From positions 1-37,376 of the forward strand of contig JAEUKU010000032.1 of the NCBI GenBank assembly GCA_016794075.1: a stretch of 37,376 nucleotides of DNA. Reading direction: 5' to 3'. The translations under genes and the position numbers were made by a program. Shown in pieces: positions 1-8,307 of the stretch. The DNA comes from Rhodospirillaceae bacterium (GTDB lineage Bacteria; Pseudomonadota; Alphaproteobacteria; Dongiales; Dongiaceae). Under the pieces are notes generated by a model. The model was not told the origin of the DNA and ran no database searches. It saw only the letters and a list, made by a program, of their open reading frames with translations. How positions within the stretch are numbered: the stretch's first letter is position 1; each line of letters opens with the position of its first letter.

Positions 1-1146
1 CACCGCCCGCACCGGCCGGCCATTCGCCGTGCCGCCGCCGAAATCCTCGATCGCCTGGCGGATGGTGAGGCCGAAGGCCTTCTCGACCAAACCGCCTTGC
101 TTGACGTTGCCGGCGAGCTGGAACGGCATGGTGCCGCGCGAACGGCCCATGCCGTAGTTCTTGTAGAAGGCGGCACCCTTGTCGAGCACGGTCGGCACGG
201 CGGCGAAGCTCAGAACGTTGTTGACCACGGTCGGCTTGCCGAACAGGCCCTGGAGGGCGGGGAGCGGCGGCTTCGCCCGCACCATGCCGCGCTTGCCTTC
301 CAGGCTGTCGAGCAGCGAGGTTTCCTCGCCACAGATATAAGCCCCGGCACCCAGCCGCAATTCCAGGTGGAACGCCTTGCCGCTGGTGCGCACATTGTCG
401 CCGAGATAGCCCTTCGCCTGGGCGATTTCGATGGCGCGGCTCATCTGCGCGAAGGCGTGCGGGTATTCGCTGCGGATATAGACGAAGCCCTTGGCGGCGC
501 CCACCGCCAGGCCGGCGATGGTCATGCCCTCGATCAGCAGGAAGGGATCGCCCTCCATCAGCATGCGGTCGGCGAAGGTGCCGCTGTCGCCCTCGTCGGC
601 GTTGCAGACGATGTATTTCTGCTCGGCGCTGGCGCCCAGCACCGTCTTCCACTTGATGCCGGTCGGGAAGCCGGCGCCGCCGCGGCCGCGCAGGCCGGAT
701 TCGGTGACTGCCGCGACGATGTCGGCGCCGCTCATTTTCAGCGCGTTGGTCAGGCCCTGATAGCCGCCATGGGCGATGTAATCCTCGATCGACAGCGGAT
801 CGGTGATGCCGCAGCGGGCGAAGGTCAGGCGCTCCTGGTTCTTGAGATAGGGAAGCTCTTCCGGCATGCCGAGGCGCAGCTTGTGATCAGCGCCTTTGAT
901 CAAGGCGGCGAACAATCCGGCCACGTCGTTCTCGGAAACCGGGCCATAGGCGATGCGGCCCTGGTCCGTCGCCACCTCCACCATCGGCTCCAGCCAGTAG
1001 AGGCCGCGCGAGCCGTTGCGGACGATCTTCACCTCGGTCTTGGCCTTGTCGGCGGCGTTGCGGAGCGCGATCGCGACCTCGTCGGCACCGAGGGAAACGG
1101 CGGAGGAATCACAGGGGACGTAGAGGGTGATCATTTGCCCGCTCAT
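1..1146 (-). CDS. fdsB: NAD-dependent formate dehydrogenase beta subunit (NuoF-like, FMN/Fe-S); 3' end runs off the window
   Basis: Not in the ORF track; translated by hand from ATG 1146: MSGQMITLYVPCDSSAVSLGADE..., with RGRGGAGFPTGIKW, YIVCNADEGDSGTFADRM and GAGAYICGEETSLL motifs; ATGA overlap with the fdsG stop. Confidence 0.93.
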   Translation of the reverse strand, partial: MSGQMITLYVPCDSSAVSLGADEVAIALRNAADKAKTEVKIVRNGSRGLYWLEPMVEVATDQGRIAYGPVSENDVAGLFAALIKGADHKLRLGMPEELPYLKNQERLTFARCGITDPLSIEDYIAHGGYQGLTNALKMSGADIVAAVTESGLRGRGGAGFPTGIKWKTVLGASAEQKYIVCNADEGDSGTFADRMLMEGDPFLLIEGMTIAGLAVGAAKGFVYIRSEYPHAFAQMSRAIEIAQAKGYLGDNVRTSGKAFHLELRLGAGAYICGEETSLLDSLEGKRGMVRAKPPLPALQGLFGKPTVVNNVLSFAAVPTVLDKGAAFYKNYGMGRSRGTMPFQLAGNVKQGGLVEKAFGLTIRQAIEDFGGGTANGRPVRAV

Positions 1147-1619
1147 CTCTTGGCCTCCAGCGCGTCGATCAGCTGGTCGAAGCGCTGCGGCGTCACCCTT
1201 CCGTGCAGCTTGCCGTCGATCATCGCGGCGGGCGCGCAGGCGCAATTGCCGAAGCAATAGACCGGCTCCAGCGTGTAGCGGCCATCGGCGCTGGTTTCGT
1301 GGAAATCGGCGTGCAGGCGCTGCTTCGCGTGCGCCTCGCTCTCGCGGCCGCCGACCGACTGGCAGGCCTCAGCGCGGCAGATCTTCACCACGTGCCGGCC
1401 CGGCGCGTGGTCACGGAAGTCGTGATAGAAGGTGACGACGCCATGCACCTCGGCGCGGCTCAGATTGAGTTCATCGGCGATGACCGGCACCGCCGCCGAA
1501 TCGACATAGCCGAAGTGATCCTGCAGCGCGTGCAGGATGGGCAAGAGGGCCCCGTCCAGATGTTTATGGGCGCGGACGATCTGGCGCCCGCTTTCCGCAT
1601 CCCAGTTTCTCGCCGACAT
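1143..1619 (-). CDS. fdsG: Formate dehydrogenase gamma subunit (NuoE-like 2Fe-2S)
   Basis: LLPILHALQDHFGY, LSRAEVHGVVTFYHDF, CRAEAC and CFGNCACAP motifs; start placed at ATG 1619 (MSARNWD) rather than 1724. Confidence 0.93.
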   Translation of the reverse strand: MSARNWDAESGRQIVRAHKHLDGALLPILHALQDHFGYVDSAAVPVIADELNLSRAEVHGVVTFYHDFRDHAPGRHVVKICRAEACQSVGGRESEAHAKQRLHADFHETSADGRYTLEPVYCFGNCACAPAAMIDGKLHGRVTPQRFDQLIDALEAKR

Positions 1620-1704
1620 GGCTCGTGCTCTCGCTAGCGGTCGATTCCAACAGTCATTAGATGCGCACTCCCAGGGACGGATCAAATCGGAAACGGTGAT
1701 ATTC

Positions 1705-1723
1705 TGATAGACTGTATTTATCA
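1705..1723. promoter_or_regulatory. LysR-type (FdsR-like) operator upstream of fdsG
   Basis: TGATA-N9-TATCA inverted repeat containing T-N11-A (T1708..A1720) in an AT-rich stretch about 85 bp upstream of fdsG. Confidence 0.55.
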
Positions 1724-1945
1724 CGCCAATAGATTCAATGGCTTGAAACCCATCGAATCACCTGGTTTTCGCTTTTTTGACCGCCTCAGTGATCAAGCCC
1801 GGCCTGCAGGGTGCAAAAGCATTCTGGCCGCGCCCTTCCGTTGCCACTTGTCTGGCAGCGTCATCACCGGCTACGCAGGCGGCCGGATTCGCGCTGCCGG
1901 GGGAAATTGCCGCCGGTCCGACGACCAGCCTGACAGACGGGGACA

Positions 1946-3076
1946 ATGAGCACGCAACTGCGTTTCGCCGAAGGCGCCGCCGATCACGAGCAGATCTGGC
2001 GCCTGCGCTACGACATTTATGTGGACGAGATGGGCTATACCTTTCCCGGCGTCGACCATGCGGGGCGGCGGCTGGCGGAGCCCTTCCTGCGGCCGACGCG
2101 CCTGCTGATGGCGGAGGATGGCGGCGCGCTGGTCGGCACGCTGCAATTCAACCGGGGCGGGGAATGCGCGTTCACGTCCGAGGAACGCGCGATCTATCGC
2201 CTCGACGATTTCGAATCCGTGGTCGGCCCGGCCGGCATGATGATCGCCAGCCGCTTCATGACCAGGCCGAGCCACCGCGACGGCGACCTGCCCGCGCGGA
2301 TGCTCGATGAGATGTTCGGCTTCGCGCTGGACAACGGCGTCCGCCTGCTGTTCTGCGATTGCCGGCCGCACCTCATCAACACCTATCTCCGGCTCGGCTT
2401 CCGCAACTATGCCAAGACCTACAACGATCCGATCGCCGGCATGCTGGCGCCGCTGGTCTTCGTGCTCGACGACGTCGCGCATCTGGAACGGATCGGCTCG
2501 CGCCTGCTGCCGCTCTATCGGGCGCGCGCGCCGCGGCCCTCGGATCTGCTGCCGGGGATTCTCGCGCTGCTGCCGCCCGCGACGCCGGTGCAGCTGCTGA
2601 GCGATCCCGAGGGATCGCCGGATTGGAGCGGCATCCGCGCGGCACTGGGCGAGGCCGCCACCGGCCATGTCTCGATCTTCCAGGGCCTGGCGCCGGAGGA
2701 GATCGCGCGCCTGATCGAACGGAGCCCGGTCATAACCTGCGCGGCGGGCGACAAGATCATCGGCCAGGACATGGCCGAACGCAGCGTCTTCGTGGTGCTG
2801 GACGGCGCGGTCGAAGTGCGGCGCGACGGCCAACCCATCGCGCTGCTGCCGCGCGGCAGCGTGTTCGGCGAGGTCGCGTTCCTGCTCGGCATCGACCGCA
2901 CCGCCGATGTCGTGGCGGTGACGGAGGCGCGCGTCATCTCGTTGCGCGAGCGCGTGCTGAACGACCTGATCGCGTCGGAATCCAATATCGCCGCGCGCTT
3001 CCTGCTCAATCTCGCGCGCATCGTCTGCCTGAAGCTGGCGGAGCAAGGGGAGGGCGGCGCGCCGCCCTCCGCCTGA
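1946..3076 (+). CDS. GNAT-fold acyltransferase (LuxI/FeeM-like) fused to a C-terminal cyclic-nucleotide-binding domain
   Basis: N-terminal IWRLRYDIYVDEMGY and SRFMTRPSHR; C-terminal FVVLDGAVEV...FGEVAFLLGIDRTADVVA phosphate-binding cassette. Confidence 0.8.
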   Translation: MSTQLRFAEGAADHEQIWRLRYDIYVDEMGYTFPGVDHAGRRLAEPFLRPTRLLMAEDGGALVGTLQFNRGGECAFTSEERAIYRLDDFESVVGPAGMMIASRFMTRPSHRDGDLPARMLDEMFGFALDNGVRLLFCDCRPHLINTYLRLGFRNYAKTYNDPIAGMLAPLVFVLDDVAHLERIGSRLLPLYRARAPRPSDLLPGILALLPPATPVQLLSDPEGSPDWSGIRAALGEAATGHVSIFQGLAPEEIARLIERSPVITCAAGDKIIGQDMAERSVFVVLDGAVEVRRDGQPIALLPRGSVFGEVAFLLGIDRTADVVAVTEARVISLRERVLNDLIASESNIAARFLLNLARIVCLKLAEQGEGGAPPSA

Positions 3077-3086
3077 ACTCGGTCTC

Positions 3087-3497
3087 CTACGCCTGGCCGC
3101 GCTTGGCGTCCACCGACCAGACGCCGCCGCCGGCGCAGGCCAGATACAGGAACACGAAGCAGAACAGGATCGCCGCCTCGCCCTGGTTCAGCACCGGATA
3201 GAAGCTGCCCGGCGCGTGGAAGGTCCAATAGGCGACCGCCATCATGCCCGAGAGGATGAAGGCCACCGGCCGGGTGAACAGGCCGAGGATGAGGAGCAGG
3301 CTGCCGACGATCTCCAGGATGCCGCCGATGCCGAACATCGAGAGCACCGGCATCTCCGGATTGTGCATGCCGCTGCCGGCCGGGAAGTCGAAATACTTGA
3401 TGGTGCCGTGCTGCAGGAACAGCAGGCCGGCGACGATGCGCAGGAGCGAAAGAACGCGCGGCGCCCAGGCGGTCGCGGTGGCGGTGAGTGCAGCCAT
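3087..3497 (-). CDS. DoxX family membrane protein
   Basis: LRIVAGLLFLQHG..K, GLFTRPVAFILSGMMAVAY and GGGVWSVD motifs; ATG 3497 with a GAGGGG RBS. Confidence 0.9.
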   Translation of the reverse strand: MAALTATATAWAPRVLSLLRIVAGLLFLQHGTIKYFDFPAGSGMHNPEMPVLSMFGIGGILEIVGSLLLILGLFTRPVAFILSGMMAVAYWTFHAPGSFYPVLNQGEAAILFCFVFLYLACAGGGVWSVDAKRGQA

Positions 3498-3624
3498 AGT
3501 GGTCCCCCTCTGGAACGAATCGATGCGGAACGCACCAAAACGTAACCAGCGCGGTGGCGATAAGCCAGCGCCGCGCGCGCCGCAGTCGATCACGGAATCG
3601 TGAATGCGGTATCGATCGCGGGGT

Positions 3625-4779
3625 TCAGCAGGCGTTCCTGCAGGTTGCGCCGAGTTGCGTGAGGATTTCGACTGCCGCCTGATTGCCCTTCGTCCTGGCG
3701 ACGTCGAGAAGCGTGGCCCCGTCAAAATCCGCGGGCAGGTTGAGGTCGCCGCCATGGCGCTGGAACAGCACCGCCACCGCCTGGATCGTCGCCGGCTGCA
3801 GGTCCTCGCCGACGAACAGCAGGTTGTGCAGCGGCGTGCCGCCCTTCGGCCGCATCGCGTTCGGCTCGGCGCCGGCGTCGAGCAGCGCGGTCACCATCTC
3901 CACCAGCCGGTCGTCCGGCCGCACCAGCACCGCGCGGTGCAGCGGCGCCGAGCCCTTGGCGTCGCGCGCCTTGACGTCGGCGCCGGCCGCCAGCAGCTGC
4001 TTTGCGGTGGCGACGTCGTGAAGTCTGATGGCAATGAACAACGGCAGTGTTGAATATCCCTTGGCGGTTAAGTTGTTTGGTGTATTGACGTCGGCATTGG
4101 CGTCAATCAACGCGGCGATGATCTCCGGTCGTTTCATGGCGACTGCATATGAGATAGGTGATATCTCGCCAGCTCCCTCGAAGTCCAAGTCGCGCGAATT
4201 GACGTTCGCGCCTGCGGTGATGAGCTGCAGCGCAATCTCGGGCATTCCCGTCTTGATCGCTAGGAACAACGGCAACTTTGGGTCGCCAGGACGAACTGAA
4301 TCGCTTGCCGCATTGACATCCGCACCGGCGGAGACCAGCGCAGCGACTATATCCGGCTGTTGCATATCTATCGCGTAATACAGCGCCGACTTGCCGATGG
4401 TGTCGACGGCGCTGGGATCGGCGCCGGCCTTGATCAAGGCCAGCGCGCCCTCGGCGCTGCCGACCGACATGGCGATGATCAGCAGCGGGTCGCCGTGATG
4501 GTCCTTGGCGTTGGCGTCGGCGCCGAGCTCCAGCAGCGCGTCGACCAGCGGCTGGCGTTGCAGCACGAGGGCGCGGTAGAGCGGCACCCTGCCCTCATTG
4601 TTGGGCGCGTTGACGTCGGCACCCTCCGCCGCCGCGGCGCGCAAGGCGGCGACATCCTGGCCGTTGATCGCCTCCCACAGCCTGTCCTGCGCGCTCTGCG
4701 CTTCCGCCGGCAGCGCAAAGGGACCGATCATGAGCGCGAAGGTGAGGAGGGGGCGGAACAGGCGGGCGAAAAGGGTCAT
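3625..4779 (-). CDS. Secreted ankyrin-repeat protein
   Basis: Signal peptide MTLFARLFRPLLTFALMIGPFALPAEA; many PL..A...GADVN repeats; the ORF-track extension to 5316 overlaps the next gene. Confidence 0.88.
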   Translation of the reverse strand: MTLFARLFRPLLTFALMIGPFALPAEAQSAQDRLWEAINGQDVAALRAAAAEGADVNAPNNEGRVPLYRALVLQRQPLVDALLELGADANAKDHHGDPLLIIAMSVGSAEGALALIKAGADPSAVDTIGKSALYYAIDMQQPDIVAALVSAGADVNAASDSVRPGDPKLPLFLAIKTGMPEIALQLITAGANVNSRDLDFEGAGEISPISYAVAMKRPEIIAALIDANADVNTPNNLTAKGYSTLPLFIAIRLHDVATAKQLLAAGADVKARDAKGSAPLHRAVLVRPDDRLVEMVTALLDAGAEPNAMRPKGGTPLHNLLFVGEDLQPATIQAVAVLFQRHGGDLNLPADFDGATLLDVARTKGNQAAVEILTQLGATCRNAC

Positions 4780-4807
4780 GCTGCTATCCTGAGAGTGCGA
4801 GCGCTTT

Positions 4808-6208
4808 CTACGTCTGCCGCAAGTGAAACGCCAGCAATTCGCCGAAGCGCTGGTCGCCCAGCGGTTCGCGGCTGACGCGCTGGTGCATGTCGGTGTCGGG
4901 GCCGCCATTGGCTTCCACGATATGGGGGCCGTCCTCCAGGATCGCCATGTCCCAGCCGATGATGTGGCGATCGGCGAAGGCGGCGTGGGCGCGCTCGGCC
5001 AGCGCCCGGGTTTCGGGCCAGAGCGGCAGAAAGCGCCCCTCGATCGCCCCGCCGGTGTCCGGGTGATGCGTCTGCCAGCCGTGGCGCGGGCGCAGGCCCC
5101 AATCCGTCGCGCGGCCCAGCCGGCCGCTCGCCACGTCGATGGGTGCTGCAATGCCGCCGGCGTGGAAATTGTCGACCAGCCGGTTGCCGCCGACCGCCAT
5201 GCGGAAGAGCGCGCAGACCGATTCGAAGCCGCCGCTCTCGTTGCGCAGGGTGACGATGCGCGCGGTGCAGAGCGCGCCGTTGCTGAGATCGGCGAGAGCC
5301 GGGTGGTTCTTCGCATAGGGCTGCACCAGCAGGCCGCGCACGCGCGACCATACCGCCAGCTGCGCCGTCAGCGCCTCGGCCGACAGCACCGGCCCGTCAT
5401 GCAACTGATATCCGGCGCCGGTCCAGTGCCACAGCCCGGCGCCTTCGCCGCCGCGGCCATGGGTCGGCTTCACGAACAGGTCGCGCGGCGGCAAGCCGTG
5501 CTGCCGCGCGCGCCCGCCCTTCAGGCGCCCCTCGGCGAACAGCGCCAAATTGCCGAGGACCGGAATGCCGTGCTGCGCGCAGTGGCGCATGAAGGCGGTC
5601 TTGTTGCGCGTCGGCGAGCGCCGTTGCTGCGGCACGCTCAGGCGCAGCACGTTCAGCAACCCGCTTTTCAGCTCGTAGCGATGGATGTAGTGCGGCGCCT
5701 TCGTCTGCTGCGCGGGATCGAACATCTCGAACATGTAGTACCAGACCGGCAGCATGCCGTAGCGCCCGGCGAACCAGATCTGTTCCAGCACCTGCTGGGT
5801 GATGCTCTTGGCAACGGCGCGGCGCGTCGCCAGGCCGTTGAGCCAGCTCGACCACGCGATGAGCCCCAGCACGACCGGTGGCCAGAGCAGCAGCGAGGCG
5901 AGGAGGCCGCCGCGCCCGAGCCAGCCGCGCTCGCGCCACAATTCGCGCAGATAGCGCTTGTGGATTTGCCCTGCCCAGGTGGTGTCCTCCGCCCAGGACC
6001 ACAACAGCGGCAGCGGCGTCACCAGATAGGCGCGCACCCGGCGCTTGCCGCCATGCTCCAGCCAATGCACGAAGCGATAAGTGCGGCGGACCAAGCTGTC
6101 CTCGTCGCCCTGGCTTTCCGACAGGGCACGATAGATGGCCGGCACGTCGGCGCGCAGCACGTCGCGCAGGCGCAGCCCGCCGCCGGACGGCCGTTTTGCC
6201 GCAGTCAC
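4808..6208 (-). CDS. ATP-grasp protein (sugar-transfer-associated / RimK-related type) with N-terminal hydrophobic segments
   Basis: LFVKPTHGRGGEG, LLVQPY..NHP, TARIVT, VDNFHAGG and IGWDMAILEDGPHIVEANGGP motifs; GTG start uncertain. Confidence 0.8.
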   Translation of the reverse strand: MTAAKRPSGGGLRLRDVLRADVPAIYRALSESQGDEDSLVRRTYRFVHWLEHGGKRRVRAYLVTPLPLLWSWAEDTTWAGQIHKRYLRELWRERGWLGRGGLLASLLLWPPVVLGLIAWSSWLNGLATRRAVAKSITQQVLEQIWFAGRYGMLPVWYYMFEMFDPAQQTKAPHYIHRYELKSGLLNVLRLSVPQQRRSPTRNKTAFMRHCAQHGIPVLGNLALFAEGRLKGGRARQHGLPPRDLFVKPTHGRGGEGAGLWHWTGAGYQLHDGPVLSAEALTAQLAVWSRVRGLLVQPYAKNHPALADLSNGALCTARIVTLRNESGGFESVCALFRMAVGGNRLVDNFHAGGIAAPIDVASGRLGRATDWGLRPRHGWQTHHPDTGGAIEGRFLPLWPETRALAERAHAAFADRHIIGWDMAILEDGPHIVEANGGPDTDMHQRVSREPLGDQRFGELLAFHLRQT

Positions 6209-6374
6209 GAGACGCGCCCCGGCGCCGCGGCGGCAGGATGCGAAATGGCGGAAAAGAGGGCCGAATCAAGCCATTTGTCCCGGCGGCGGCGTTCAGCCGC
6301 GGCAACGATATTTCCTAAAATCCCCATAAAATCCCGAACGATAGTGCTTGAACGGCGAGGCGGAGGGGCCCAAC

Positions 6375-6383
6375 TTATCCACA
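6375..6383 (+). promoter_or_regulatory. Consensus DnaA box
   Basis: TTATCCACA, an exact consensus match, 27 bp upstream of the small ORF at 6411; only one copy seen. Confidence 0.4.
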
Positions 6384-6410
6384 GGTTCCACTTCCCCTCT
6401 GGGAGGTTGC

Positions 6411-6632
6411 ATGAACATCACCCAAGTTGCCAGTGTCGCGGCGGCCTTCGAGGCCTCCCGCAGCGCCGGCGTCCAGCAGGCCGGCACCGCCGCTCAAGGT
6501 GCCGCCGTGCAGCGCGAGGTGAGCCGCGCCGCCGCGGAAGCGGATGTGCGCGAGACCGAAGCGGTGCAGGAGACCGAGGAACGTCAGAGCACCGCGCCCG
6601 CGGGCAACCGTCGCCTCGACATCACGGTCTAG
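6411..6632 (+). CDS. Small Ala/Glu-rich hypothetical protein (73 aa) ending RRLDITV
   Basis: GGAGGT RBS before ATG 6411, GC3-rich codons, followed by a terminator. Confidence 0.75.
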   Translation: MNITQVASVAAAFEASRSAGVQQAGTAAQGAAVQREVSRAAAEADVRETEAVQETEERQSTAPAGNRRLDITV

Positions 6633-6676
6633 CCGATCTCCGGATGACGCGCCCCGTCCCGGCGCGCGGATGAACG

Positions 6677-6706
6677 AAGGGGTTCCGCTTGCGCGGAGCC
6701 CTTTTT
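6677..6706. terminator. Intrinsic terminator, probably bidirectional
   Basis: AAGGGGTTCCGC-TTGC-GCGGAGCCCTTTTT hairpin with a T-run between convergent genes. Confidence 0.8.
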
Positions 6707-6719
6707 CATCTGGGTCGCT

Positions 6720-7223
6720 TTACTTCAGGTCGCCGGCGATCCATTGCTGGAAACTGTAGGTCTTGCCCGCGCTCTCGTCGATCAGCTCGATGCCGTCCGG
6801 CTTGAACACCGCCATCTTGCCGATGCTGGGGAAATGGCCGATGTCGGTGGGCATGTCCTCGCCGCCGGTCAGATAGACCAGGTCCTCCGCGCCCGTGTTG
6901 ACGATGGTGTGCGCCTTGCCGTCGAGCGGGAAGCCGATGAAATCGCCGGCGCCGACCTTGAACCTTTCCGCGCCGATCTGCGCCTCGCCCTCGCCGGAGA
7001 CGATGTAGCTCCATTCCTCCTGCACCGAATGGCGATGCAGCATGAACGCCTCTTTCCCGGGCGGCACGCGCAACAGGTTGACATGCGCCCGCTGCAGCCC
7101 GGTCGGTCGGCTCAAACGATGAAACTCCGCCTGCGAATTCGGATTGAGCGGATGGCGGAAGGGGAAGCCGTGCTCCGGTGTCAGCTCGCTGGTGCGGATA
7201 ATGGGGGTGGGTTTATCGGACAT
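6720..7223 (-). CDS. Cupin domain protein
   Basis: HRHSVQEEWSYIVSGEG and GDFIGFP...AHTIVNTG cupin motifs. Confidence 0.9.
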   Translation of the reverse strand: MSDKPTPIIRTSELTPEHGFPFRHPLNPNSQAEFHRLSRPTGLQRAHVNLLRVPPGKEAFMLHRHSVQEEWSYIVSGEGEAQIGAERFKVGAGDFIGFPLDGKAHTIVNTGAEDLVYLTGGEDMPTDIGHFPSIGKMAVFKPDGIELIDESAGKTYSFQQWIAGDLK

Positions 7224-7299
7224 GGCAATCCTCGCGCGTGGAATACGTGCGGGACTATAGCGCCAAGCCGCCGACGATCAATGTCAGCAGACGCGAAGC

Positions 7300-8169
7300 T
7301 CACCCGTCGTAGCCGACCTGCTGGTTGAAGAACGAGCCGGTCTGCGGCCGCTGCGGCAGCTTCATCTCGAAGTGGATCGAGCGCACGCGCCCCGTCCGCT
7401 CGCCGCGCACGATCAGGCCCTCGTGCGTGCTGGGCAGCGGATTGAGCGACAGCGGAATGGCGTCTTCCGCCGAATAGACGGCGATGAACAGGCGGCGCGG
7501 CCGCGTGCCGCGGTTGGGGGCGGAGGAGTGGCCGACCTTGGTGTGCATCAGGCACACGCTGCCGGCCTTCATGGTGAAGGTCTTGGCGTCGCGTTCCCAG
7601 GCGCGGGCGGCCTCGTCGCCGGCGATGCCGGTGAATTTGCCGCCATGCCAGATTTCGGCGATGCCGTCCTTGTGCGAGCCGAGGGCGGAGATGAGCGGGC
7701 CGTTGGTCTCGTCGACGTCGTCCATGGCGAGCAACGCCGTCACCAGATCGTCGTTGCTGTGCGGGGTGAAGGGGAAATCCTGGTGCCACTTCACCTCGGT
7801 GTTGGCGCCGGGCAGTTTGGCGTTGATCTTGGAGTGGTGGAACTTGACGTTGGGGCCGATCAGGTCGGCCACCATGTCAGGGATGCGGCTGTTGGCGACC
7901 ACGTCGAGATAGGCTGCGGAGATCTCCGTCGGCGAGTTCACCCGGCGCAGCAGCGGCGTCTCCGGACTGTGGCCGGGTATCTGCAGGTCGAAGCGCGGGC
8001 GCCCGTCGATCATCTCGCCGTAATTGCGGTCATGCGCCCGGCTTTCCTCCCACCAGGCGTCGAACGCGCGCCGCAGGGCGGCGAGTTGTTCGGGTGTCAC
8101 CGCGTCTTCCACCGCGATGGTGCCATCGCGGTGGAAGGCTTCGATCTGGGTGGGGGAGAGGGCGGGCAT
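7300..8169 (-). CDS. Phytanoyl-CoA dioxygenase (PhyH) family Fe(II)/2OG oxygenase
   Basis: LSPTQIEAFHRDG start, KWHQDF (HxD), NGPL, H.S..N and distal Arg (RRLF); start at ATG 8169. Confidence 0.9.
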   Translation of the reverse strand: MPALSPTQIEAFHRDGTIAVEDAVTPEQLAALRRAFDAWWEESRAHDRNYGEMIDGRPRFDLQIPGHSPETPLLRRVNSPTEISAAYLDVVANSRIPDMVADLIGPNVKFHHSKINAKLPGANTEVKWHQDFPFTPHSNDDLVTALLAMDDVDETNGPLISALGSHKDGIAEIWHGGKFTGIAGDEAARAWERDAKTFTMKAGSVCLMHTKVGHSSAPNRGTRPRRLFIAVYSAEDAIPLSLNPLPSTHEGLIVRGERTGRVRSIHFEMKLPQRPQTGSFFNQQVGYDG

Positions 8170-8198
8170 TGGGCAACTCCACACTTCCGTCTTTTCTC

Positions 8199-8295
8199 CG
8201 TCATCACCGGCGAAGACCCGGTGATCCAAGTTCCTCCGTCGCGCTCCGCCGCCAATTTGCATTGCCGGGACAAGCCCCGTCAGCCGGCATTGACG
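8199..8295. repeat. REP/MITE-like palindromic element, family A (degenerate copy)
   Basis: CGTCATCACCGG..CCGGTGATCCA ... TTGCCGGGACAAGCCC..CCGGCATTGACG; same architecture as the copies at 10822, 28027 and 28175. Confidence 0.75.
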
Positions 8296-8307
8296 ATGAA
8301 ATGGCGG

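Noticed and set aside
97-1260. 387-aa plus-strand ORF
   Set aside because: Antisense shadow of fdsB/fdsG, whose conserved motifs are on the minus strand
4780-5316. N-terminal extension making the ankyrin ORF 563 aa
   Set aside because: Overlaps the ATP-grasp gene in another frame; a signal peptide starts at 4779
6311-6410. Replication origin or sigma-28 promoter
   Set aside because: Only one DnaA box, no extended AT-rich unwinding region or origin-linked genes; TAAA...CGATA spacing does not fit the sigma-28 consensus
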